Source of the DNA: Octopus bimaculoides | Lineage: Eukaryota | Length of the DNA: 38,712 nucleotides | Assembly (NCBI RefSeq): GCF_001194135.2 | Contig: NC_068991.1 | Span: 34,615,508 to 34,654,219 of the forward strand | Reading direction: 5' to 3' | Part shown: piece by piece, positions 21,942-32,899 of the stretch | Layout: each line of letters begins with the position of its first letter | Position numbering within the stretch: the stretch's first letter is position 1 | The notes under the pieces: model-generated | What the model saw: the letters and a program-made list of their open reading frames with translations, nothing else | Databases searched by the model: none | What the model was told of the DNA's origin: nothing | Position numbers and translations under genes: made by a program

Positions 21942-23200
21942 CAGGGTGTTTGTAAAGTAATGCAACACACTAGAACATTAAGGAATATATATATTTGAGC
22001 ACAGTGAATGCCGATTTTTCCTCACATATAATTAGAATACAATCAGTGAAGTAAATGAAGAATCATAATAAAGAAATTTATGAAACATGGATTCAAAAGT
22101 AGGCTCAAAGATGGTTCTAATGCAATGATCAATTCAGTTCCAGACAGATTGGCACACCTTTTGGCGCAATTCTGTCAATCTCACAGACAGCATTTTGTAT
22201 TTCCTCTCAAAGCTGATCAATGGTACACGGATTGCGATCATATACCTGATCTTTTAATATTCCCCATGGAAAAAAGTCACATGGGGTGAGGTCGAGTGAC
22301 CAGGCTGGCCATTCAATTGGCCCTCTTCGTCCAATCCATGTGCCAGGAAAATTGTCATCCGGCTATGGCACACTGACAATGAATAATGTGGCAGTGCCCC
22401 ATCCTGCTGGAAGTTAACATCGCCTGCTTGCTCTGCCACTTGTGGCCAGAACCAGTTTAGAAGCATGTCAAAGTATGAACCTCTGGTGACAGTAGCATCA
22501 AAAAAGTATGGTCTAATAAGACCCTGTGACGAAATGGCACACCACATGCTGAGACCAGGAATGTTCACCAACTTCTGCAAAATGTGGTGAAGATTTTTGG
22601 AATTTCAGTACATGCAGTTATGTTCGTTAATTTGTCTGTTGAGTTTGAAAACTGCCTCATCAGACCACAAGATTTAATTGATGGATATTGGATTATCTTC
22701 AATCATGCACTGAAAAATTTCGCACATTTCTAAATGTCAATCAGGATTGTGGTCATTGAGTTCTTGTACGAGATGTGGACTGTGCAGATTTTTCTTAAGT
22801 TCAAACAAAGTTTTGTAAATAGTTGAGTAACTCACATGAAAATCTGGATGGTCAGTAAATTGGCTTGCAATTTGGTTGGTAGATGTCAGGGTGTTATCAT
22901 AAACCTCTTTCATAACTGCAGCCTGAAACTCTCCTTTGTTGTACAAACTTGGATGACCACTGCGTTGGTCATCCTTGATGGAACCATTACTTCCAAAATT
23001 TTCTTATTAAATGAAGCACAGTCAAACAACTGGGAAGATGTGCGCCTGCCAATTTTCTTGCTTCTGCTGCATTATTCATTGCATAGTAGTTTTTCACAAT
23101 ATTAACATGTTCTTGTAAGGTAAATTGTACGGCAATATCACAACAGTAAAAGCGACTGATTGAATACAACAAATTGAATTTTGAATTCAATGCAACAAAA
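21942..23200 (-). mobile_element. Tc1/mariner transposon of the DD41D (rosa/Visitor) type, decayed; only one TIR seen
   Basis: TA|CAGGGTGTTTGTAAAGT TIR at 21942. N-terminus FTLQEHVNIVKNYYA..PSCLTVLHLIRKF. D1 in LWSDEAVFKLN (~22660), D2 in FQQDGALPHY, D3 in WIGRRGPIEWPAWSLDLTPCDFFPWG; 41 residues D2-D3 after a 1-nt frameshift repair. Confidence 0.88.
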
Positions 23201-23289
23201 TGGATTTTGAAAATTCAAAAGTCTAATAATGAGCTTGCCACTAAGTGCAGATAAATTTAGACAGTGTGATTTTTGGAAGATAATTTAAC

Positions 23290-24421
23290 GAAAGGTTCTC
23301 AACCAATTCCATACCAAAATTTTTGTCACAAAGTGACTCTAATTACAGGTAAATACAGGTAAATCCAACAAAATATAAAATTATTAAAATTTTTGTTCAA
23401 ACATCGCTATAGAAAATGGGTTATTAGCTAATATTCAATTGGGTATACAACAAAATATTATTATAGAAGAGTTGTGCACATTACTGAATTCATTACTGTC
23501 TCTTTTGCCAGTATAAAATTCAAATCCAGAGCAGTACCCAGTATTTGATTCACAAATCTTCCAAACTTTGATCCCCCATTTTGTGGGCTTTCCTGGCATA
23601 TACTGTCGAAAACACNNNNNNNNNNNNNNNNNNNNNNNNNNNNNNNNNNNNNNNNNNNNNNNNNNNNNNNNNNNNNNNNNNNNNNNNNNNNNNNNNNNNN
23701 NNNNNNNNNNNNNNNNNNNNNNNNNNNNNNNNNNNNNNNNNNNNNNNNNNNNNNNNNNNNNNNNNNNNNNNNNNNNNNNNNNNNNNNNNNNNNNNNNNNN
23801 NNNNNNNNNNNNNNNNNNNNNNNNNNNNNNNNNNNNNNNNNNNNNNNNNNNNNNNNNNNNNNNNNNNNNNNNNNNNNNNNNNNNNNNNNNNNNNNNNNNN
23901 NNNNNNNNNNNNNNNNNNNNNNNNNNNNNNNNNNNNNNNNNNNNNNNNNNNNNNNNNNNNNNNNNNNNNNNNNNNNNNNNNNNNNNNNNNNNNNNNNNNN
24001 NNNNNNNNNNNNNNNNNNNNNNNCATTATCAAATACGTGCTTTTTTTTTTTCGGTCACAGAGTTAGATTTATCAAGGTCTTCAATGGAAAATCCTTCAAA
24101 TTCTGACTCGCTGCTTGACAATAAAATTTGTATCCATTTTTTTGTCAGGATTACAAATTTAGAAAACACAACAGGAACAAATTTGGAAAAAAATCTCACA
24201 AAATTCACAAAATCAAAAAAACACGTCGATCGTCATACAAAACTATAGCTGAACTGTTTACACAAATAATCACATGTTTTCACAAATGTACTAATGAGAT
24301 TTGCTCGGATATTCTCATTTAAATATGAATAGGTGATTACGGACAGTTTTGGACGGCTTGGTCACATGAACCAAAATTTTTTTCGGACAGCTTTGGGCAG
24401 TTTGGTAACGAAAGGGTTAAA
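23290..24421 (-). mobile_element. Internally deleted piggyBac element spanning a gap
   Basis: Minus 5' end TTAA|CCCTTTCGTTACC at 24421. Acidic SESEFEGF-like N-terminus (~24080-24115). FRQYMPGKPTKWGIKVWKICESNTGYCSGFEFYTGK (23503-23610). Left terminus degenerate and approximate. Confidence 0.8.
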
Positions 24422-25965
24422 CCAGCCAGGTATGTTCTTTCTAGTAATGTGTTTTTAAGTTCTTGGAGTCATTTATCTCGGGTTTTGGGATTTGCTACAA
24501 TTGTGCAAATTCTTCTTGCTAAGTTGAATAATACAGAGATTTTAGTATGTTTTGGGTGGCAGGAAGAGAATAGAAGATATTGTTTTGAGTCCGTTGGTTT
24601 GAAGATGTCAGTTTCAATTTCAGTATCTCTTTTTATAATTAAGATGTCCAGGAAGGGTAGCTGTTTGTAGCTGTATTCCATTGTAAATTGGATACTGTGG
24701 TTAATGCTGTTTATTATGTTTTTAAATTCTGAGTTGCTCAAGTTTATGCTACCACAGAATGAAACAATCATCCAGGAAGCGCTTTCAGTTGGTGAGTAAG
24801 TACTATAGAAAGTTGTCTCCAAATTTTGGTTGAGTGTGCTTGGATATTTGGACTTCCAGGTATGCCATGACAAGGTTAGCAAAAGTAGGGGCTACCCTAA
24901 TTCCCAGTGCAGTACCTGAAATTTGTCTAGGTATTCTCATTGAAGATGAAGAAGTTGTTCTTTCAATGAATCCTTTTCTGATTCGGTCAGGAATGTCATT
25001 TGGGAATTTTTCCAGCCACAATTGCATGGCTTCTATTCTATTTGTGAGAATCGAAGTGTAGAGGCTTATTACATCGAATGAAACCAGTCATTCAAGAGAT
25101 GGTTTAAAAAGTTCAGATCATCTCTTATAAAGCTCAGTATATGTTGGAGAATAGGTTTTAGGGGGATGTCAATAAAGTTACTAAGTCTGTATCTCACACG
25201 AAGGACCAGCCGCAATTGGTCTCATTTTGAAATCTCTCGGATGTGGAATATTTAAGACTAAAGAAGTCGATTTATTACAGGCTTTGTTTATGGCTTCACT
25301 TTTGTGGATTTTGGGAATCGATAAAAGTTGCTGGTTTTGCAGTCAAATCTAGTGAAGTAATCTTTCTCCTTTTCGGTGAAATCTTGTTGGAACTGATAGC
25401 AAGTTTTGTCATTATCTTGGACTGACTGTAGTTGTTGATATTTTCATAGAAGGTATTGTCTTGAAGGAGGATTAGGGTAGTGTTTATGTATTTTTTGAGG
25501 TCCATGATTACTACAGCATTCCCTTTATTGGCTTCTTTTATAATTATGTTATGATCCTCCTTGACATCATTATTGATTTTCCATTCCTCTCGACTTGTAT
25601 TTGTTTTAAATTTTTGAGGTGGGAGTAAATTATAGGGATAATTGGATACCAAATAACAAAATTTATCCAGAGTTTGATTTCTTTAGTTTTATTGTGAAAT
25701 ATTGAGTGATCATTAGTTTCTTTATCAAATAGTTCTTCAGTGACTCAAAGTTTTCTACAGAATTCCTGGAAATCATTTTGTATCTCATTTAGGTTCGATT
25801 TTTCTGGTACTGGGGTGAACTTCAGTCCTTTTGCAAGAATTTTGATTTGTTGGTTGGTGCCATTGAGTGTTCTAGTTTTGACCCAGTTTGCCTAAAAAAT
25901 GTTCCCTTGGTTTTTGATGTATCGAATGAGTGCTCTTGTTGATTGTCATTCTGTTTGCAACTGAG
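24422..25965 (-). mobile_element. Penelope-like element, N-terminal region and RT (decayed)
   Basis: KFTPVP, IKEANKGNAVVIMD, LVSFDVISLYTSI (~25050-25090), GTALGIRVAPTFANLVMAYLE, RFLDDCF (~24775), LPFLDILI, FSSCHPKHTK..NLARRIC. Confidence 0.93.
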
Positions 25966-25974
25966 AACCCACCA

Positions 25975-26890
25975 TAGATCAAGAGTTAATCATAAAAAGA
26001 GATACTGAAATTGAAACCAACATATTCTTCAAACCAACAAACTCAAAACAATATCTTCTATTCTTCTCCTGCCACCCAAAACATACTAAAATAAATATAC
26101 TGTTCAACTTAGCAAGAAGAATTTGCACAACTGCATCAAATCCCAAAACCAGAAAAAAGCAACTCCAAGAACTTAAAAACACTAGATAGAAAATACCCAG
26201 CCAGTCTATTCACAAAAAGAATAAAATGTGCAAAAATGATAGACATCCAAGTGTTACAGAAAACCCCACAACACACTTAAAACTTTATCTTACGTATCAA
26301 CACACAATCCAAGAAACATAAAGGCATACAACATTATCCACCATAACATACCCCTCATTACGAATGACCTGCAAATGAAAAAGGCACTGGAAACACACAG
26401 GATTATTAAAAGCAAGAGACAACTGCAATCCCTAAAAAAGTTACTCGCCAGTGCCAACTTACCCACCAAAAACACAACCCCACAAGTCAAAAAGTGCAAC
26501 CACCCTAAATGCGGGACTTGCATCTACCTCTTGGAGGGCTCAACATCTAAATTTAAGTCAGATCAAACTTTTACCACAAAAAGTCACTTCAACTGTGCTT
26601 CGAAGAACTTAATCTATATCCTCAAATGTGGTGGGTGTGATGGAGACTACATAGGTCAAACTAGTTTGACCTTGAGGGACAGACTAACAGTACACAGGCA
26701 ACAAATCCGGGACCTCCCAACCAGGAAAATTCCCGTAAGCAAACACCGAGACCAATGCCCTGCAAACATAAACCCAAAATCCCAAATCTTCCTTCTCTAT
26801 CAATGCATCGGAAACACTTCAACCCAATTCTGTTTAAATAAGGAAAGCATGCTCATTAAAAAATGTAAACCACAGCTGAATATCCTTTAG
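25975..26890 (+). mobile_element. Penelope-like element, RT thumb plus GIY-YIG endonuclease
   Basis: ORF 26375-26890: KCNHPKCGTC, HFNCASKNLIYILKCGGCDGDYIGQT..LRDRLTVHRQQIR. Upstream SCHPKHTK..NLARRIC. Confidence 0.93.
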
Positions 26891-27793
26891 AAAGGAGAAA
26901 TAACACTAAAGAGAAAATGGAAAAAAGACCCAATTNNNNNNNNNNNNNNNNNNNNNNNNNNNNNNNNNNNNNNNNNNNNNNNNNNNNNNNNNNNNNNNNN
27001 NNNNNNNNNNNNNNNNNNNNNNNNNNNNNNNNNNNNNNNNNNNNNNNNNNNNNNNNNNNNNNNNNNNNNNNNNNNNNNNNNNNNNNNNNNNNNNNNNNNN
27101 NNNNNNNNNNNNNNNNNNNNNNNNNNNNNNNNNNNNNNNNNNNNNNNNNNNNNNNNNNNNNNNNNNNNNNNNNNNNNNNNNNNNNNNNNNNNNNNNNNNN
27201 NNNNNNNNNNNNNNNNNNNNNNNNNNNNNNNNNNNNNNNNNNNNNNNNNNNNNNNNNNNNNNNNNNNNNNNNNNNNNNNNNNNNNNNNNNNNNNNNNNNN
27301 NNNNNNNNNNNNNNNNNNNNNNNNNNNNNNNNNNNNNNNNNNNNNNNNNNNNNNNNNNNNNNNNNNNNNNNNNNNNNNNNNNNNNNNNNNNNNNNNNNNN
27401 NNNNNNNNNNNNNNNNNNNNNNNNAATTGCAGAAACTATAAACATAATCCTTTTTTTTACTATCATCATTTCTTCCTTTTTTTCTCCCTCTTAAACTCAG
27501 TATGACTGAAACTTTGATGATCCACGTTTCTTATCAATCACTACTAACACTACTGAATTTTGTGCATTTAAACAAGATGATCCACTTTTTTTTTTATATA
27601 ATTGACTGTTATGAACATTTAAACTTGTAAACATTGAAACATTTAAACATGTTTTTTTAATTCATAATTAAAAATTTTTACCATTGATAAACAAAAAATA
27701 TTGTTGAAACTAGTTTGGTATATATGTAAATAAATTTATTTAAAAACAATTACAAGTTTTTCAAATTTAGGTGAATTTTCAACAAATTTGCCT

Positions 27794-27990
27794 ATATATA
27801 TATATATACATATATATGTATATATATATATATACAAACACACACACATATATATACACACACATATATATATACACACACATATATATATACACACACA
27901 TATATACATATAAATTCCTGTTTATATATATACACATACATAATTCGTATATTTATACAAACACACATATATATATATATGCACACACAT
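27794..27990. repeat. (TA)/(CA) compound microsatellite
   Basis: Direct reading. Confidence 0.95.
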
Positions 27991-28822
27991 AGATGTATCT
28001 GTTTTGAAGATTCCTGATGTGAAATCATGTGTTGAAATAGATACTGCACCATTTAGTCCATTTTCTTTTTCTACAGAAAGACAAAATAGACAAAACAGGA
28101 CAGGATGAAACATCGGTGGAGAGTCCCTGAAGAGGTCAAAAGATGTGTGACTAAAGATTTCCAGATACAGGACATAAAATAAGAACAATAATAAATCTGA
28201 AGAGAAGAACAAATATATAGCGCATGTGTTTATTTAGCAAAAAAAAAAGATTTAAAAAAATGACCATCCTGAAGTATAACAATATATATNNNNNNNNNNN
28301 NNNNNNNNNNNNNNNNNNNNNNNNNNNNNNNNNNNNNNNNNNNNNNNNNNNNNNNNNNNNNNNNNNNNNNNNNNNNNNNNNNNNNNNNNNNNNNNNNNNN
28401 NNNNNNNNNNNNNNNNNNNNNNNNNNNNNNNNNNNNNNNNNNNNNNNNNNNNNNNNNNNNNNNNNNNNNNNNNNNNNNNNNNNNNNNNNNNNNNNNNNNN
28501 NNNNNNNNNNNNNNNNNNNNNNNNNNNNNNNNNNNNNNNNNNNNNNNNNNNNNNNNNNNNNNNNNNNNNNNNNNNNNNNNNNNNNNNNNNNNNNNNNNNN
28601 NNNNNNNNNNNNNNNNNNNNNNNNNNNNNNNNNNNNNNNNNNNNNNNNNNNNNNNNNNNNNNNNNNNNNNNNNNNNNNNNNNNNNNNNNNNNNNNNNNNN
28701 NNNNNNNNNNNNNNNNNNNNNNNNNNNNNNNNNNNNNNNNNNNNNNNNNNNNNNNNNNNNNNNNNNNNNNNNNNNNNNNNNNNNNNNNNNNNNNNNNNNN
28801 NNNNNNNNNNNNNNNNNNNNNN

Positions 28823-28853
<31 letters not shown>

Positions 28854-29062
28854 TATACACACATGCACATACACACACATATATACAAACATATATATAC
28901 ACACACACATATTTTTACACATAGGTATACCTATATACACATACACACACATATGTATATATAAGTACATATACATATATATAAATACATACACATGTAT
29001 ATAAATACATACACATGTATATAAATACATACACATATATATATGTATATAAATACATACAT
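28823..29062. repeat. Microsatellite plus ~20-bp minisatellite (ATAAATACATACACATGTAT)
   Basis: Unit repeated about four times at 28975-29060. Confidence 0.9.
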
Positions 29063-29212
29063 ATCATCATCATCATCGTTTACCGTCCGCTTTCCATGCT
29101 AGCATGGGTTGGACGATTTGACTGAGGACTGGTGAAACCGGATGGCAACACCAGGCTCCAGTCTGATTTGGCAGTTTCTACAGCTGGATGCCCTTCCTAA
29201 TGCCAACCACTC
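29063..29212 (-). mobile_element. Solo RTE 3' terminal segment with (GAT)n tail
   Basis: Near-identical to 8959-9120 (CATCATCAT..CGTCCGCTTTCCATGCTAGCATGGGTTGGACG..CAGCTGGATGCCCTTCCTAATGCCAACCAC). Confidence 0.88.
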
Positions 29213-29279
29213 ATACATACATATAAATAAATACATACATACATATAAATACATACGTACATATATATATGTACTCTTT

Positions 29280-29625
29280 TATGCTTTTACTTGTTTCAGT
29301 CATCTGACTGTGGCTATGCTGGAGCACCACCTTAAAGGGTTTTTTTAATCGAAGAAATCAATCCCAGGACTTATTCTTTGTAAACCAAGTACTTATTCTA
29401 TCAATCTTTTGGCTGAACCACTAAGTTATGGGAACATAAACACACCAACATCAGTTGTCAAGTGATGGAGGGGCAGACAAACACACACATGACAGGCTTC
29501 TTTCAGTTTCTGTCTGCCAAACCCACTTACAAGGCTTTGGTTGTCTCGAGGCTATAGTAGAAGACACTTGCCCAAAGCGCAATGCAGTAAGACTGAAAAT
29601 GAAACCATGTGGTGCCATGGCTGTG
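29280..29625 (-). mobile_element. tRNA-derived SINE
   Basis: Reverse-complement homolog of 5133-5537 along its whole length. Confidence 0.88.
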
Positions 29626-29973
29626 CTTACACACACACACACATACATACACACACACACACATACATACATACATANNNNNNNNNNNNNNNNNNNNNNN
29701 NNNNNNNNNNNNNNNNNNNNNNNNNNNNNNNNNNNNNNNNNNNNNNNNNNNNNNNNNNNNNNNNNNNNNNNNNNNNNGTATATGTATGTATGTGTGTATG
29801 TATATATATGTATGCATGTATATGTATTTGTGTGTATATATATAAATATATATATGTACTTGTATATATGTATGTATATATATATGTGTGTGTGTATATG
29901 TATGTTTATAGGCGTAGATGCATATATATGAGTATCGATGTGTATATATGTGTATGTGTACATGTATATGTGT

Positions 29974-30013
<40 letters not shown>
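29626..30013. repeat. (CA)/(TG)/(TA) microsatellite field with gaps
   Basis: Direct reading. Confidence 0.95.
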
Positions 30014-31151
30014 NNNNNNNNNNNNNNNNNNNNNNNNNNNNNNNNNNNNNNNNNNNNNNNNNNNNNNNNNNNNNNNNNNNNNNNNNNNNNNNNNNNNNNN
30101 NNNNNNNNNNNNNNNNNNNNNNNNNNNNNNNNNNNNNNNNNNNNNNNNNNNNNNNNNNNNNNNNNNNNNNNNNNNNNNNNNNNNNNNNNNNNNNNNNNNN
30201 NNNNNNNNNNNNNNNNNNNNNNNNNNNNNNNNNNNNNNNNNNNNNNNNNNNNNNNNNNNNNNNNNNNNNNNNNNNNNNNNNNNNNNNNNNNNNNNNNNNN
30301 NNNNNNNNNNNNNNNNNNNNNNNNNNNNNNNNNNNNNNNNNNNNNNNNNNNNNNNNNNNNNNNNNNNNNNNNNNNNNNNNNNNNNNNNNNNNNNNNNNNN
30401 NNNNNNNNNNNNNNNNNNNNNNNNNNNNNNNNNNNNNNNNNNNNNNNNNNNNNNNNNNNNNNNNNNNNNNNNNNNNNNNNNNNNNNNNNNNNNNNNNNNN
30501 NNNNNNNNNNNNNNNNNNNNNNNNNNNNNNNNNNNNNNNNNNNNNNNNNNNNNNNNNNNNNNNNNNNNNNNNNNNNNNNNNNNNNNNNNNNNNNNNNNNN
30601 NNNNNNNNNNNNNNNNNNNNNNNNNNNNNNNNNNNNNNNNNNNNNNNNNNNNNNNNNNNNNNNNNNNNNNNNNNNNNNNNNNNNNNNNNNNNNNNNNNNN
30701 NNNNNNNNNNNNNNNNNNNNNNNNNNNNNNNNNNNNNNNNNNNNNNNNNNNNNNNNNNNNNNNNNNNNNNNNNNNNNNNNNNNNNNNNNNNNNNNNNNNN
30801 NNNNNNNNNNNNNNNNNNNNNNNNNNNNNNNNNNNNNNNNNNNNNNNNNNNNNNNNNNNNNNNNNNNNNNNNNNNNNNNNNNNNNNNNNNNNNNNNNNNN
30901 NNNNNNNNNNNNNNNNNNNNNNNNNNNNNNNNNNNNNNNNNNNNNNNNNNNNNNNNNNNNNNNNNNNGTGCATGTGTGTAAGCAAATAAATAACAAAGGA
31001 TGGATGAATGTCAGTTCATTACAGTTGTTTTTAACGCATATTTTAATAGATGAATGAGTACATTACATCATAGTAAAAAAACGTTTCCATCAGATGATAC
31101 ATAGAATTTCAAACAATAGAAGAACAATCCATGAACACAGTAGGAACATAC

Positions 31152-31173
31152 CTTGACTCCAGCCCAAGCTGGT
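31152..31173 (-). other. Candidate 22-nt microexon of an unidentified host gene
   Basis: Minus strand TTATGTTTGTTCTCTCATTCCAG|ACCAGCTTGGGCTGGAGTCAAG|GTATGT. GC-richer than its non-repeat flanks; all three frames are open. Confidence 0.45.
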
Positions 31174-31768
31174 CTGGAATGAGAGAACAAACATAAGGCT
31201 ACAATGATAAATGAAAGAGCTAGAAATACATTAAGAGTTTAGTTGGTAGGTAGTGGTAAGAGAAGATTTATAGCCACCATATTGGTTAATGTGGGGAAGA
31301 GGATATAAGATGGAGACAGGTAGACTACCTGTCCCTACTAGAGATTAAATTACTTCCATTTGTGTGCATAATGTCATAAGTGTATTTGTATACATGTTAA
31401 TAGTGTAAACTTTTGATCTAAATAATTCCTTTTCTTAAAAAGTGATAGGGTGTGACATACACACACACACAAATACTGTTTGCATTAGTTATTGTTTGTC
31501 TGTTATGACTTGGCTTTGTAAACTGATTGAAAGTGAGCGCATGTGTATCCCTGAATAACAGCTGTATTGAAGTTGCCATCCCACTGCCACTCCATATTTG
31601 TCGCTTACACAACTCTGTTCTTACCTTCCCTGATATCAGTTGCTCTCCCTATTTCCCTCTCACTATTGAACCATTAGACCCTTGTCACTTTATCCAAAAA
31701 TAGCCTACCCTACCAATACAATTTCATAAATTATATAAGATACATATATGTACACACACACACACACT

Positions 31769-31818
<50 letters not shown>

Positions 31819-31889
31819 AANNNNNNNNNNNNNNNNNNNNNNNNNNNNNNNNNNNNNNNNNNNNNNNNNNNNNNNNNNNNNNNNNNNNN

Positions 31890-31929
<40 letters not shown>

Positions 31930-32264
31930 CAAACAAAGGAAAAAAACAATTCCTTCAAAAGGGATGTAAGACATTCAATTCTTACTGGTACAACAGCTGA
32001 ATACCACAAATAAAAGGGTATAATTACAATATACAAATATTAAATGAAATGTGTATATTTCAACTCATATTCACTAGTGTATATGAGTTGAAATAAATTG
32101 TTGGCTCTATATTTGTTTATTTAAAAATTTGTTATGTTATGTTATATTATATCTTTTTATAGTATATTATATTATAATGTAAATAAATTTTTAGTATGTC
32201 AATTGTATTTCTCTATTTCATTTGATATTTAGTTTTATATATATATATATATATCTTTTATCTC

Positions 32265-32590
32265 TACCCTGTTTCAGTCTTTTGACTGTGGCCAGGCTTG
32301 GGCACTGCTATGAAGGGTTTTAATCAAATCGAGCCCAGGACTCACCTTCCTTTTTAAACTTAGTTCTTATTCTATCAGTCTCTTTTGCTGAGCTGCTACG
32401 TTATAGGGACATAAACATACCAATATCAGTTGTCAAGTGGTGGAGGGGGACAAATACAGACACAAAGACACACACACACATATATATATGACAGGCTTCT
32501 TTCAGTTTCCATCTACCAAATCCACTCAGAAGTCTTTGGTCGACTCGAGGCTATAGTAGAAAACACAAAGTGCTATGCAGTGGTAATGAA
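32265..32590 (-). mobile_element. tRNA-derived SINE, 5' end degraded
   Basis: Reverse-complement homolog of 5133-5537. Confidence 0.85.
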
Positions 32591-32899
32591 AACGGAAAGA
32601 ACCCTTTTGATTGTGTACTGTATGTCTACATTTTACATCTTCACATGAAATCATTTGAGTCAAAAACAACAGTGACATTATGCTGACAATCCTAGTATCC
32701 TATAGCTCTGTGGTTTCAAAGATGAGTGGAATAATAAATGCTTTACTAAAGAACATTGAGCTATTGATAGGAAGAGTATCTGGCTGTAAAATAAAGACAT
32801 ATCACAATTTTCTTGTTTGTTTATTATGGTTGAGTGTTTTATTATGCTTTGAATCAGTTCTTATTCCAGAAGCAGGGGAGGGTGTTATAGAAGCAAGAA

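Noticed and set aside
22655-22680. CTGATGAG on the minus strand, a hammerhead-like box
   Set aside because: It encodes the catalytic SDEA motif of the mariner transposase, and no stem II/GAAA follows.
26375-26890. Intact or domesticated GIY-YIG gene
   Set aside because: The ORF is only 171 aa, the upstream thumb region is frameshifted, and no splice or promoter evidence is visible; a neutral remnant is the simpler explanation.
28105-28150. GAAAC..GTC..CTGAAGAG arrangement resembling a type II hammerhead
   Set aside because: No stem I, stem III has only two pairs, and stem II does not close.
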